49,155 bases of DNA from positions 1-49,155 of the IMG/VR virus record IMGVR_UViG_3300034053_000009; one strand, written 5' to 3'. The position numbers were made by a program, and so were the translations under genes. The DNA is from a virus (lineage: Duplodnaviria; Caudoviricetes). Below the pieces are notes generated by a model that had not been told where the DNA came from, made no database searches, and saw only the letters and a list, made by a program, of their open reading frames with translations. The stretch's first letter is position 1. Every line of letters begins with the position of its first letter. This document shows positions 17,251 to 27,405 of the stretch, in pieces.

Positions 17251-19368
17251 TTACTGTCGCACAACCGGGAACAGCGTCTGATTCAGCGCATTTAGCCCCG
17301 AGGCCAGCCTTGTCGCGTCATCGTAGTCCGCACCCGTCTTAACCCCCGTGATGTCGGACGACAGTGTACCCGATGCGGTATTAGCCTGCGTCCCCGTTGT
17401 GGTGCCGAGGGAGTTCTGCATCGACGCGCCAGTCGTGTTCTGCGCCGTGGTGCCCGAAGTCGCCTGAGTATTCGTCCCAGTGGTGTTCTGGTTCGTCACA
17501 CCTGTGTTCGTGCCGGTGGTGTTCTGCGCCGAAGTGCCAGTAGTCGTACCCGCCGTGTTCATCAAGGAAGACCCGAGAGTGTTCAGGGTGTTCATGGCAG
17601 TGTTCGAGCCAACCGTGTTCTGGTTGCTGTATCCGGTGGTGCCAGTATTGCTAGTACCGCTGGTCGTACCCGTCGTGCCCATGAGCGAAGACCCGAGGGT
17701 GCTCATGTCGCTGGTGCCGGCAGTTGACCCGAGGGTGTTCTGGCTGGTCGTGCCGGTAGTTCCCGTGTTGCTAGTGCCGGTTGTCGACCCGAGGGTGTTT
17801 TGCGAACTGTACCCCGTAGTGCCAGTGTCGCTGGTGCCGGTTGTCGACCCGAGGGTGTTCTGACTGCTGTAGCCTGTCGTTCCGGTGTTACTGGTGCCTG
17901 TGGTCGAGCCAGAGGTGCGCTGGTCGCTGGTGCCTGTGGTTCCGGTATTACTGGTTCCAGTAGTCGCTTGCAGCCCCGTCGTGGTCTGGGCCGGCTTGAG
18001 CCCGCCGACAATACCTGCCTCAGCCTGAATTTGCGCCCGAGGATCGAGTTGCAGTTTCTGCCACTCTTCGTACCTACGCTGAATCTCCGTGTCTTCGATG
18101 CCCCGCTGGGTCGCCCCCATACCAGAAAGAAACGTAGCGGCTTCCCGCATACGGTCTGCATCCCCAGTAGCGAGGTTCGTCGCGTTGTCGAACGCGCCAC
18201 GATACCCCTTGTCGAGAATTTCGTTCTTGGTCAGCGCCTGACGCTCGCGCATCTGGTTGGCGAGGTTGTCCGCACGAGCCGTACCGTATGCCCCACGGGA
18301 TACCCGTTGGGCTGCCTGCTGTTGCTGCTCCAAGGCCTGATCTTCTGCAAGCCTGCGCATCTGCGGGTTGAGGACGTTTTCGAGATACGGGTTCATGTAC
18401 CGTTCGATACCCATGTCGAGAACCGACTTACCCGCCTCCCGCCCACGACCAACCGCCTCAGACTCCAGATCGGAGAACTGTCCCGCTACTGGGCGGTTAC
18501 CATCGAAGTACGCCTGATACCCCGGAATACTGCGCGCCCTATCCGACAGCTCTTGCTGGCGGGCTTCCCACCACGCAGGGCCCCCCACCGTCTGATCGGT
18601 TTTTGCCAGCCCTGTTGTCTGCCCTGTCTGTTGCTCGCTGGTGCGCCCAGTCGTCGTCTGCTGGCTCGTGCCAGAGGTTCGCCCCGTCTGCTGTTCGTTA
18701 GTAGTTCCGGTAGTTGCCTGCTGGCTCGTGCCAGAGGTTCGCCCCGTCTGTTGTTCGCTGGTAGTCCCAGTCGTCGCCTGCTGGCTCGTGCCAGAGGTTC
18801 GCCCCGTCTGTTGTTCGCTGGTAGTCCCAGTCGTCGCCTGCTGACTCGTGCCGGAGGTTCGCCCCGTCTGCTGTTCGCTGGTACTCCCTGTCTGAGTCTG
18901 ATTCGATATACCGGACGTTGTCCCTGTCTGGTTCTGCGAAGTCGTGCCTGTCGTCGCCTGCTGGTTGGTGCCAGAGGACGTGCCTGACTGCTGCTGATTC
19001 GTCGACCCGGACTGCGACTGATTGGACGTACCCGACGTTGTCCCTGTCTGGTTCTGCGAAGTCGTGCCCGAAGTCGTGCCCGAAGTGTTCTGGCTGGTTG
19101 TACCGGACGACAGCCCCGTCGTAGACCCGGTCTGGTTCTGGGCGCTTGTGCCGGTCGTACTGACGTTCGAGGTGCCTTGGCTCGCACTGGTCGATGACTG
19201 GTTCTGGGTCTGGTTCTGCAAGGAGCGCGCAACTTCGTCCTGCGGCTGCCCGGTAAGTGCCGAGATCAGCGCCGCAACGCCGGAGCCAGACTGGAGTATC
19301 GACTTCAACGTGTTATCGCCGTTGCCGAGGTACTGATTGAGGCTGGCCATTATGTCATCGAAATTCAT
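17251..19368 (-). CDS. putative DNA pilot/ejection protein with two T/S/G repeat arms
   Basis: Central YMNPY...GAYGTAR...QRGIE core, typical of podophage pilot-like proteins, flanked by 20-aa repeats. Confidence 0.65.
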   Translation of the reverse strand: MNFDDIMASLNQYLGNGDNTLKSILQSGSGVAALISALTGQPQDEVARSLQNQTQNQSSTSASQGTSNVSTTGTSAQNQTGSTTGLSSGTTSQNTSGTTSGTTSQNQTGTTSGTSNQSQSGSTNQQQSGTSSGTNQQATTGTTSQNQTGTTSGISNQTQTGSTSEQQTGRTSGTSQQATTGTTSEQQTGRTSGTSQQATTGTTSEQQTGRTSGTSQQATTGTTNEQQTGRTSGTSQQTTTGRTSEQQTGQTTGLAKTDQTVGGPAWWEARQQELSDRARSIPGYQAYFDGNRPVAGQFSDLESEAVGRGREAGKSVLDMGIERYMNPYLENVLNPQMRRLAEDQALEQQQQAAQRVSRGAYGTARADNLANQMRERQALTKNEILDKGYRGAFDNATNLATGDADRMREAATFLSGMGATQRGIEDTEIQRRYEEWQKLQLDPRAQIQAEAGIVGGLKPAQTTTGLQATTGTSNTGTTGTSDQRTSGSTTGTSNTGTTGYSSQNTLGSTTGTSDTGTTGYSSQNTLGSTTGTSNTGTTGTTSQNTLGSTAGTSDMSTLGSSLMGTTGTTSGTSNTGTTGYSNQNTVGSNTAMNTLNTLGSSLMNTAGTTTGTSAQNTTGTNTGVTNQNTTGTNTQATSGTTAQNTTGASMQNSLGTTTGTQANTASGTLSSDITGVKTGADYDDATRLASGLNALNQTLFPVVRQ
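17345..17990 (-). repeat. degenerate 60-bp (20-aa) repeat, C-terminal arm
   Basis: GACCCGAGGGTG recurs at a 60-bp period (~17726, 17786, 17846); encodes TTGTSNTGTTGYSSQNTLGS-type units. Confidence 0.85.
18590..19215 (-). repeat. 60-bp (20-aa) tandem repeat, N-terminal arm
   Basis: CTGGCTCGTGCCAGAGGTTCGCCCCGTCTG at 18661, 18721 and 18781, with a variant at 18841. Confidence 0.9.
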
Positions 19369-19379
19369 GTTCCTGCTCC

Positions 19380-20786
19380 TTATGCCTGTCGGGTCAGCAT
19401 CGCCGCTTCCCTTGCCGCTGCGATCGCGCCATCAGCCCCACCGCCCAGATTCATCCCCGACTTGCCGTGCATGGCCATCAACGCCGCGAGTGTATCACTT
19501 CCACCTTTTCCTGCGTTGACAACATTGGTAACACTCCCGCCGCCAGAGCCTGCGCTGCCGGAACCCCCGTCTTTTGCGGCCCCACCTTTACCCGTGAGTA
19601 GGTCTTTTATGGACTTCCCTCCGGTAATGCCTGAACCAAGACCTACGGTATCCCAGCTCGCTTTACCTTCGATAGCCGCTTTGAGCTGCGAGGGCAGATA
19701 CCCGAGGGCTCCACCATACCAACCTGTATTGGTAAGCGCAGTCGTGGCGAATGGGTCAGCGCCGGCAGCAACGCTGTACCCTGCCAAGTCCGTAGCCCCA
19801 GACGCAAGTCCACCAGTACCATACGTCCCTGCCTCATACGCGGCAATATCAGCCAACGCCTTTTCACTCATGAATGGAACGCCAGAAGTGCCCCCGGCTG
19901 CAGCGGCATCAGCAATAGCGCCTGCTCCTTCTAGCCCCGGAATGTAACTACCCCCTTCGACCCCAAGCATCAAATCCATGCCTGTAGCGTCAGCAAGCGC
20001 ACCGCCTGCCACCAAGGGGTTAAAAACTCCTCCAGCTGCTGCAGTATTGAACCCGCCAGCGCCCATTGCTGCATCCATTATCGCAGCTTCGCTCATCCCA
20101 GCACCCGCTGCCGCGCCGCCTGCGCCACCTAGTGCACCAATAACTTGCGGTGCCATGAAAGCAAGTGCCAGCGCCGGAGCCATGTCGAACAGCTTGTCAC
20201 CTAGCCCCGGCTCGTTATCCTTCTGCCATTGCGCAAGAGTGGATCGGGCAAGATCAGCACGGGGATCAGCGCCAAACCGCCCCTCATGGTATGTGTCCAT
20301 TTGGGTGAAGAGGCGAGCGAACTGTGGGTCTAGCGTTCTATCCCCCGCAGCATACTTCGCCAATTCTGAATCCATCGTGGCTCCCTTACTCTTGTTGGGG
20401 TCGAACCACGAAACGTCTTTACTGTGAAACGCTGTAGTGTCATCGTAGGGGGTGTATGTTTGCCATTGGTCGCTATCCCCATACGACTGTAACCGTCGGT
20501 CAGTTTCTCCGGGCTTATACTTCCGTGACGCGACGGTGTAATCCGTTGGCTGCACGAGCCTAAGGTTCTCGTACCCACCTTCCCAATGCGGTGTGCCTAT
20601 ATAAAGACCTGCCGCACGTCCGGGATCGCCTTCGCCCCCCGGCGGTACTGCCTCCTGCCACATGTACCCTTGATCGCCCGATAGCTCGTTCCCTTTTGCG
20701 TCAAGGAATATACGCCTTTCGGGGATCGTGAATTGCGATTCCGCCTGCTGCCTGACGTAATCGCGGTAGGCGTCATTAACCGACAT
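19380..20786 (-). CDS. putative internal virion protein with Gly/Ala-rich hydrophobic segment
   Basis: Long ORF in the ejection cluster; [20 protein letters not shown] hydrophobic stretch. Confidence 0.6.
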   Translation of the reverse strand: MSVNDAYRDYVRQQAESQFTIPERRIFLDAKGNELSGDQGYMWQEAVPPGGEGDPGRAAGLYIGTPHWEGGYENLRLVQPTDYTVASRKYKPGETDRRLQSYGDSDQWQTYTPYDDTTAFHSKDVSWFDPNKSKGATMDSELAKYAAGDRTLDPQFARLFTQMDTYHEGRFGADPRADLARSTLAQWQKDNEPGLGDKLFDMAPALALAFMAPQVIGALGGAGGAAAGAGMSEAAIMDAAMGAGGFNTAAAGGVFNPLVAGGALADATGMDLMLGVEGGSYIPGLEGAGAIADAAAAGGTSGVPFMSEKALADIAAYEAGTYGTGGLASGATDLAGYSVAAGADPFATTALTNTGWYGGALGYLPSQLKAAIEGKASWDTVGLGSGITGGKSIKDLLTGKGGAAKDGGSGSAGSGGGSVTNVVNAGKGGSDTLAALMAMHGKSGMNLGGGADGAIAAAREAAMLTRQA

Positions 20787-20787
20787 A

Positions 20788-21492
20788 TCAAAACCCTCTC
20801 AGTTTCTGCAGCTGCGCAAGGCCTTTTTGCAGCAGCTCATCAGACGCCTGCGGCGTGCCTGCGTTGTTGCTGTTGATCTTGTTGAACTGGGTGTTGTGCT
20901 GCGCGATCAGACTGTCCAACAGGGCATTGTTCACTGCCGGAGGAGGTTGCACCGGTATGATCCCTGACGTGGTCGTAGTGGGCGACGTAGGTGTAGGCGT
21001 CGGCGTAGGGGTAGGGGTAGGGGTAGGCGTCGGCGTAGGGGTAGGCGTAGGGGTAGGCGTCGGCGCGGGCGCGGGCGTAGGTGTCGGCGTAGGCGCGGGC
21101 GTAGGTGTCGGCGAAAACCGTGACTCCTTCTCCATAAAATCACCGAGCGCACCACTCAAAGCTCGTTGGTAATCAGTCTCGCTGACGCTAATTCCTTGTA
21201 GCCCACCGATCCCGGTAAGCCCGAGTCGATTCGCTTCTTCAAGCGGTACAGTACGGTTTGCCGTAGGTTGCTCAATAGCCGCTGCGATGGGTGTTGGTTC
21301 AGGCGCGGGGGTCGGCGTAGGCATATTCCCCAACCCGAAAAGACCGGTTAGTGAGGGGTCGTATAAAGGAGCGGGGGTCGACGCCCCGCTCAAAGCTCGC
21401 TGGTACTCCGCATCATCAACTTGCACCCCGCCCAACCCGCCGATCCCTACCAGTCCAAGTCGGTTTGCTTCAGCTAAAGACAAGAATGCCAT
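20788..21492 (-). CDS. hypothetical virion protein with (Pro-Thr)n linker
   Basis: AAAGGA RBS before ATG 21492; duplicated ~32-aa motif; PT repeat at ~20990-21115. Confidence 0.65.
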   Translation of the reverse strand: MAFLSLAEANRLGLVGIGGLGGVQVDDAEYQRALSGASTPAPLYDPSLTGLFGLGNMPTPTPAPEPTPIAAAIEQPTANRTVPLEEANRLGLTGIGGLQGISVSETDYQRALSGALGDFMEKESRFSPTPTPAPTPTPTPAPAPTPTPTPTPTPTPTPTPTPTPTPTPTSPTTTTSGIIPVQPPPAVNNALLDSLIAQHNTQFNKINSNNAGTPQASDELLQKGLAQLQKLRGF

Positions 21493-21530
21493 GATGTTTC
21501 CTTTCAAATTTCGCGTGAGAATACCACAAA

Positions 21531-22781
21531 TTACCTAAGTTCTTTCCAATTCATCACCGCACGACAGGCTGAAGTTCCACCGATTCCGGTGACCAACAGT
21601 GTCAAGGTTCCCATCGAGCGTACCGCGCCGGCTGCGTCAAGAGTAATCGGGTACTTCATGGGGGATGAGGAGTTGGTTGTTCCTTTAGTCGATGCGCTTG
21701 ATGCGACATACCCCGAGTCAATGATGAGTGTCGGGGAGCCGCTGATTGTTCCTGCGGTGTTATATTCAAACGCGCTATAGGTTGCATTGACGTTATTGAA
21801 CGTCGTCGTCCCGCTAATCGCCTGCCCAAGGCACAAATCCCACTTCACCGGGCTGTTTCCGGTCACCAGAATTTCAAGGTTCTCAAAGACGAACTTGCTG
21901 CGGTTGGTGATGGAGTTGAACGTCGTTTTCGGGCGAACTGACAGGATGTGCGTCTGCGCCCCATTACCCGCAGTAACCGTACCTTCTGCTGCAAAGTGGA
22001 ATCCACCAATATCCTCCTGACCACCTTCACTCAACACCGAGCAGCAGGTGAATTCCATCGTGGTACTGACGGTTCCCGTACAGGTCATTCCTGCGCTGAT
22101 AGGGAGGTTCGCTGTCTGGATGTAGGGTTTTGCTAGTACGTTGGCGTTCTTGAACTCGTGGAAGCAGGTTGCCACACCGTCAATATCCACGCAGCACCGA
22201 ACCCGTCCGTAGTAGAGGGATTGGAGATCGAGGAAGAAGATCACCCCCTTGGAGACTTGAAGGGTTATCCCGCTTGCCCCTGTGCCATCCAACGGATCAT
22301 CCCAGTTCGCTCTTAGTACCGTCTGATCGCCTTCATCCGTATCTGAGTACAGCGTGACCTGATACCCCGTACCGTTAGACTCCAGCGCGACACCATTACC
22401 GTTTTCACCAACGCCGTACTTCAGCCACTTCAGACAATTCGCTTTGTGTTCGATGAAATTACCGGTGACAAACGCGGCCTGACCTCTCCCCGGTTGGTAG
22501 CGGTTATGTTCATACTGCTGCATGTAGCACTTCCCGCCCGTAGGGGTGCTACTGAACGTCAGGACTGCATTTCTATTCGTACTACTGTGCGCGATGGAAG
22601 CCCCGGAACCACTCGTTACCTGCTCAAATAGAAGAGGTTGAAGGTCGTAGGTAAGTTGTGAGTCAAACACATACGCAGGACTGGCCGTTCTCAACCATCC
22701 AAACGGGCCGATAGATGGACTGTCCCCATAGCTGACGGCGACATTTCCTGAAGAGTCTACGGGGATGGGTACGAAGCTCAT
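21531..22781 (-). CDS. virion structural protein (beta-rich)
   Basis: ATG overlaps the upstream TGA; Thr/Gly beta-rich; RYQPG motif. Confidence 0.65.
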   Translation of the reverse strand: MSFVPIPVDSSGNVAVSYGDSPSIGPFGWLRTASPAYVFDSQLTYDLQPLLFEQVTSGSGASIAHSSTNRNAVLTFSSTPTGGKCYMQQYEHNRYQPGRGQAAFVTGNFIEHKANCLKWLKYGVGENGNGVALESNGTGYQVTLYSDTDEGDQTVLRANWDDPLDGTGASGITLQVSKGVIFFLDLQSLYYGRVRCCVDIDGVATCFHEFKNANVLAKPYIQTANLPISAGMTCTGTVSTTMEFTCCSVLSEGGQEDIGGFHFAAEGTVTAGNGAQTHILSVRPKTTFNSITNRSKFVFENLEILVTGNSPVKWDLCLGQAISGTTTFNNVNATYSAFEYNTAGTISGSPTLIIDSGYVASSASTKGTTNSSSPMKYPITLDAAGAVRSMGTLTLLVTGIGGTSACRAVMNWKELR

Positions 22782-23179
22782 ATGATGATCCAATTCCCTG
22801 TTGCTGCCCTGAACCGCAAGGCTGTCCACTGTACCGTCACCACCGCATCTGGCTCACCGAGGATCGTATCCGTACCGGTCGGCAACACCGTCAGCGTGTT
22901 CGCGGCTACCTTTTTCACCAGTTCAACCTCATATTTCTCCCGTACCAGTGCGTCGGAAATCTCGGGTAGCGTCACCGTCACGTTACCTGCGGTTGTGTCA
23001 ACCAAAACAACTTCGTCTTCTGCGATAACGGTGAAATCCCCTGCCTCGGTATGAGCGCCAAGGGACGAGTCGACACGAATCTGTGCGAGCTGCTGCTCTA
23101 CCGCCTGCACCAGAGCGCGTTGTTTGCGCCCGTCGTACTCGTCACCGAAGTCGGGCAGCCGGGTAGTGAGCCGTGCCAT
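22778..23179 (-). CDS. tail-associated protein
   Basis: Follows the gp10-like gene; VDTTAGNVTVTLP motif is common in tail proteins. Confidence 0.6.
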   Translation of the reverse strand: MARLTTRLPDFGDEYDGRKQRALVQAVEQQLAQIRVDSSLGAHTEAGDFTVIAEDEVVLVDTTAGNVTVTLPEISDALVREKYEVELVKKVAANTLTVLPTGTDTILGEPDAVVTVQWTALRFRAATGNWIII

Positions 23180-24963
23180 TATCTGCCCCCGTGCGGGACT
23201 AGGTCAACGCGCAAGCCGCCCATGCACCAGTCATCCCCGAGGTCGTTACTCTCGACGCGGATGTAAATCTGCCGGCACCGCATCCGGGGGTTGATGAACT
23301 GCGTCGTAGAAGTAATCGCGTGCGGGCCGCTGGACTGAGTCTCCGTTGCCTGCGGGTATTTCTTACCGGTGAAGGTGACTTCTACCGTACCTTCGAGCAC
23401 CTTGAAGTCGGGGATCATCTTGCTCAGATGCGTCAGCTCGCCGCCGGAAGGTGCGGTCTCAATGCTCCCGGACTCGATATAGGACTGCATCGCCTGATCG
23501 AAATCGTCCACCCCTTCCTCGTGGGTGTAGAGATAACCGTCCGTACCCATACCGTAGGAGTAGTTGAAAACGTCCGAGTCTCCGATCAACATCGTGCGCG
23601 CAAGCGTGCCGTAGGCCCAGAGCTTGTCCTGAATGTTGTAAATCACGTACCGGTCGCACTCATCCGAATCGCCTGACGGGTAGAGCCACCAGACCTCACG
23701 GAAGTCCCGATTGACCCCACAGTAAACCTTGGCCCGCTGCACCTTGTTGAAACTGTCGAACACCCTAGAGGTTACCGGGCAGTCCAGCACACGGGTCACG
23801 CCGTCGTACAGGAAGAAGTCTTGGTCACCCATCCAGTAGGCGATACCCTCAAACACATGAACCGCCATCGGCCCGACGAGGTTACCGTTATCCCCCAACG
23901 TGCGGAATCCAAACGTGTCCGGGGGGCCGACGAAGTTCATGGAGAACAGCGCCGAGTCAGTAAAGATCAGGTGCTCGCCGCGCACCTTGGCTGCGCAGAG
24001 GATTTCGTTGCCGGTATCGAGCCGCTTACTGCCCGCCGTATTGGTCAGCGTCGGCGTCCAGTCCGTGTAGTTCTCCTGATCGCACCAGCGGATCAACAGC
24101 GGATCGTCAGCCACACCATCATGTGCGCCGAGTGCGATCAAATGCCGGTCTTCCGGAGATACGAGGATGCCCTTCGCCGTTATCGGTGCCTGCGAGATAA
24201 CTGTTGCACGGAAGCTGGTTCCTGCCGAGGAGTCCCAAACGTAGATGCCCCCCTGCCGAGGGTTGGCTATCAAGTCCTCCCCCCACTGCTCCATCTGCCA
24301 TGTCCGGGCCTGCGAGAGAAAGTCCGTCACCGAGCGAGGCGTGCCCCATGTACCCGACCCCCATGTCCCTGCGCCCCAGCCGAGGCCTGCCACCGAGTCC
24401 GGTTGCCCCACATGAATCTCGTACTCGTAGTCGACCGACCCGCCGCCGGGGCCCGCAGTTGATCCTGCCGGGGCGCTGTGCGTGATCGTAAACTCGTTCG
24501 CGTTAGTCACTGACGTAACGGTGTACTCACCGTCGATAGTAATCCCCCCAACCGCCGAAGCGCCGGAGAACACCACATAGTCACCCGCAAGTACCCCGTG
24601 TCCGACAGAGGCTACTGTAACGATAGCCGAGCCCACCGACGTAGAGAACGGGTCAGTCAGTGTGCCGGATGCCCGCAACGGGGTAATGTCGTAATACGTG
24701 CCGCCTGACCAGACATAGAGCTTGAGGTGGGTGCCAATGGACAACAGAACCTCTGACCGGCTTGTCCGCCAGTCGAGGCTACCCCGAGCGAGCCCGGTAA
24801 ACTGCGGGTCTTCAGCGCCTCGTGTCCAGCCCCCCAACTTCTGCGGCTGCCCAGCGAAGAATCGCACCTTGTCCCCGTCACGCCAATACCCCAACCTGCC
24901 GATGTCACGCGGCGTACCGTCGGAGTAAAAACCGGGCTTGATGGGGATGTCAGTGATTGTCAT
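23179..24963 (-). CDS. packaged DNA stabilisation / tail tubular B-like protein (P22 gp10-like)
   Basis: WRDGDKVRF...QKLGGW, IRWCDQE, YWMG...FFLYDG and EVWWLYPS motifs; ends in GGR. Confidence 0.8.
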   Translation of the reverse strand: MTITDIPIKPGFYSDGTPRDIGRLGYWRDGDKVRFFAGQPQKLGGWTRGAEDPQFTGLARGSLDWRTSRSEVLLSIGTHLKLYVWSGGTYYDITPLRASGTLTDPFSTSVGSAIVTVASVGHGVLAGDYVVFSGASAVGGITIDGEYTVTSVTNANEFTITHSAPAGSTAGPGGGSVDYEYEIHVGQPDSVAGLGWGAGTWGSGTWGTPRSVTDFLSQARTWQMEQWGEDLIANPRQGGIYVWDSSAGTSFRATVISQAPITAKGILVSPEDRHLIALGAHDGVADDPLLIRWCDQENYTDWTPTLTNTAGSKRLDTGNEILCAAKVRGEHLIFTDSALFSMNFVGPPDTFGFRTLGDNGNLVGPMAVHVFEGIAYWMGDQDFFLYDGVTRVLDCPVTSRVFDSFNKVQRAKVYCGVNRDFREVWWLYPSGDSDECDRYVIYNIQDKLWAYGTLARTMLIGDSDVFNYSYGMGTDGYLYTHEEGVDDFDQAMQSYIESGSIETAPSGGELTHLSKMIPDFKVLEGTVEVTFTGKKYPQATETQSSGPHAITSTTQFINPRMRCRQIYIRVESNDLGDDWCMGGLRVDLVPHGGR

Positions 24964-25469
24964 TTACTCATCCGATCAATCAGGTCAGTCTTAGCCCGCG
25001 AGCCTTGGGACGATCCGAAGTAAAACCCTACGATCATCGTCCATGCGGTGCCGAGCGATCCCAACATAACCAGTAATGGTTCGGTTGGTTTGTAGTCGGG
25101 AGAGTACAGCATCCAACTAAGAATGCCGAAGAAACCGCCAGTAACCAGCATCGCAAGGACACCCGGAACCCAACTCCCCGTTGCGACCTGCATATCGCGT
25201 GCTGATTTTCTATCCGCAGCGTCCAGTTCTTCCAGTTTGATCTTGTTGGCTTCAAGGAACTTGTTGAACTCGATCTCTGCGATTTTGAGCGAAGCGATTT
25301 GGTCAGCATTCATCTTCCCCGAGTTAAGGACTTCCGAAACCGCAGTAACCGTCTTCTCTTGGATGCCGAGCTTGTCAGCGATGAATGCCGCAGCCGCACC
25401 CCCTAGAGGCCCTCCGAGCGCCGTACCGAGTAGTGGGGCAAGGGTCTTTATCCAATCTGTTCCACTCAT
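24960..25469 (-). CDS. holin-like membrane protein (3-TM GTA-holin-like)
   Basis: APLLGTALGGPLGG N-terminus, DRKSARDMQ, two TM helices, GFYFGSS. Confidence 0.7.
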   Translation of the reverse strand: MSGTDWIKTLAPLLGTALGGPLGGAAAAFIADKLGIQEKTVTAVSEVLNSGKMNADQIASLKIAEIEFNKFLEANKIKLEELDAADRKSARDMQVATGSWVPGVLAMLVTGGFFGILSWMLYSPDYKPTEPLLVMLGSLGTAWTMIVGFYFGSSQGSRAKTDLIDRMSK

Positions 25470-25675
25470 TTGACCTCCTTCAACGTCACATGCTCCTGAG
25501 AGCGGCGATACTGGTTAATTTCCTCGATCACCCGCTTGCTGGCGATATTCTCCCTCAGCTCCTCAGACGGATACGGAGAATTTGTCTTGAGATGCAACTC
25601 CTTAATCATCTCCGAAATCAGCGGCGTCCGAAGCACCGGAGTGACCGGCTCAGGATGCGTGTAGATGTCAGTCAT
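25466..25675 (-). CDS. hypothetical protein (69 aa)
   Basis: ATG 25675 coupled to the upstream small ORF; stop overlaps the next start. Confidence 0.5.
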   Translation of the reverse strand: MTDIYTHPEPVTPVLRTPLISEMIKELHLKTNSPYPSEELRENIASKRVIEEINQYRRSQEHVTLKEVK

Positions 25676-25757
25676 CCTCGTCCCTCGTAAAGTAGAGCAA
25701 CACCACGATGGCAGCGAGTGGCACGGCGGCAATCAACAAGTAAAGGGAATCAGGCAT
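25668..25757 (-). CDS. 29-aa single-TM peptide
   Basis: MPDSLYLLIAAVPLAAIVVLLYFTRDEDD; overlapping start and stop on both sides. Confidence 0.5.
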   Translation of the reverse strand: MPDSLYLLIAAVPLAAIVVLLYFTRDEDD

Positions 25758-25851
25758 CGAAGTCATCCATGTCTTTGCCGATTGCGTGAACCACCAAGGC
25801 TATGCACCCGATGAAGATGCCCACGCTGGCGATGAAGAAGATGTCGATCAT
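25750..25851 (-). CDS. 33-aa single-TM peptide
   Basis: MIDIFFIASVGIFIGCIALVVHAIGKDMDDFDA; stop overlaps the start of the next ORF. Confidence 0.5.
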   Translation of the reverse strand: MIDIFFIASVGIFIGCIALVVHAIGKDMDDFDA

Positions 25852-25921
25852 GTAATGCTCAAATTATGACGTTTTCTATACATATAGCGAACCATGTTTA
25901 AAGTTTTCAGTGATTCTTTAA

Positions 25922-26755
25922 TCATGCGACGAGCGGCAAGAACGTTTTTCCTGCTTGCTTGATGAGGACTTGATTGATGCAGATCGCAATCAACTCGTCT
26001 GCATTCTCTGGAACCTTGTCCGATTTTTTACGGTTCTCTTCTGCTGGAATGAATCTAAGGTTTGGCAATGCGTTAATGATTGCAGGATCAGTAATACCCC
26101 TTCGAATGAACTCAACCACCGGGACGATGTGATCTAACTGGTGATCTGGACTTGGCTTAGCCCCAACTACACGCAAAAACTCATGCTTGTCGTACCCAAG
26201 GTATTGTGCTGAAGGAATCATTTTTCGCTTACCTGTTGCCCTTAACGTACGAACAACCAACCGCTTACAGTAAGACCGAATCAAGTTGATGCGGGCAAAC
26301 TCTGCCTTACGCGCCATTATCTCTTCCTGCGTCCGTTTCGGCTTTGTAACTTTAACCTGCTTGGGCTGTCTTGGCTTAGGCTTAGGCTTCGGGACTAACC
26401 CAATTCTGTCAAAGTACGCGTATCTGGCCTCACGCATCTTTTGCTTTGACTCATCACTGAACTTGAACCCAAGAGTGGTCTGCTTGCCTTTGTGTGACTC
26501 ACTTAGCTTGCGCCGCGTCTCATCGGTGTGTTTTGCGCCCTTACGCGTCGACGGTTTCCCAATACGTTTTGCAGAGATTTTTCTGGCCGTGGCTTCTTTT
26601 GAAAACTGTACGCCTTCGTCTAGAAGGACGCGCCTAATGGTATTTTTAGCTACACCATACTTGCCAGCAATGTCTTCGTTACTCAAGCCACCTTTGTGGA
26701 AGGCCAGAATCTCTTTGATTTGCTCGTCGGTGAAGATAATCTTTTTAGGCATCAC
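25922..26755 (-). CDS. HNH homing endonuclease with HTH and NUMOD3-like motifs
   Basis: N-terminal HTH; HTDETRRKLSESHKG; DHIVP...NLRFIPAEENRKK; AT-richer than its neighbours. Confidence 0.8.
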   Translation of the reverse strand: MMPKKIIFTDEQIKEILAFHKGGLSNEDIAGKYGVAKNTIRRVLLDEGVQFSKEATARKISAKRIGKPSTRKGAKHTDETRRKLSESHKGKQTTLGFKFSDESKQKMREARYAYFDRIGLVPKPKPKPRQPKQVKVTKPKRTQEEIMARKAEFARINLIRSYCKRLVVRTLRATGKRKMIPSAQYLGYDKHEFLRVVGAKPSPDHQLDHIVPVVEFIRRGITDPAIINALPNLRFIPAEENRKKSDKVPENADELIAICINQVLIKQAGKTFLPLVA

Positions 26756-27200
26756 TGATTCCGTCAGAATAAATCGCTCGCCCTTTTACAAATTTTGCCG
26801 TCATAATTTTACCACGCGGCTTATCCGAAAACCCAATATGCACCCATGTTCCCTCATAGATAATCTGATCGAACGCTAACCTGTCGAAGCGTCTGGCTAG
26901 TGCCTTAGCTACACTGCGAGCATCTCCGAAACTTGGGCAGAGAAAATCCGCCGCGTTGCCGGTCATATGCGCCGAGGTGGAAGAACCACCCACGCCGGCA
27001 TTGACTTGATGGCTACGGTAGGCGCTGGTCACGACGATGGGCTTATTCCCTAGAATAGATCGCACCACTTCCATTCTGTCGGCTAACCGTGTCAAGTTGG
27101 CAACGATCACGCTCGACGGGGTATTGTCCAGCCCCATCCGCACGGCGTATTCGCTATGCGTCATTTCGTCTAAACTGAAGTATGGGCTAAGGCGCGTCAT
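26745..27200 (-). CDS. endolysin, peptidase M15A family
   Basis: LSPYFSLDE, SAYRS...VGGSSTSAHMTGNAADF and WVHIG motifs. Confidence 0.9.
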   Translation of the reverse strand: MTRLSPYFSLDEMTHSEYAVRMGLDNTPSSVIVANLTRLADRMEVVRSILGNKPIVVTSAYRSHQVNAGVGGSSTSAHMTGNAADFLCPSFGDARSVAKALARRFDRLAFDQIIYEGTWVHIGFSDKPRGKIMTAKFVKGRAIYSDGISDA

Positions 27201-27405
27201 GCTGATGCTTCATTGAACAGCGTGCTTCAATGACCGACACGCGGCGATCAAGACTGGTTACGCCTTCTCGCAGATCGGTTTCCAGAGACTGGAGTGAGGT
27301 CTTAACCTCCTTAATCTCCGACTTTATCCCGTTGAGGGTATAGACGGCGAAGAATCCGATAATAGCCAATAGGCCGGGGATCAGGTCTTGGGCATGTTCG
27401 ATCAT
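27187..27405 (-). CDS. small TM plus coiled-coil protein (holin/antiholin-like)
   Basis: N-terminal TM helix followed by a coiled coil; directly upstream of the endolysin. Confidence 0.55.
   Translation of the reverse strand: MIEHAQDLIPGLLAIIGFFAVYTLNGIKSEIKEVKTSLQSLETDLREGVTSLDRRVSVIEARCSMKHQHDAP

Noticed and set aside
17345-19215. Ice-nucleation protein
   Set aside because: The period is 20 aa rather than the 8/16/48-aa AGYGSTxT pattern, and the context is the virion ejection cluster
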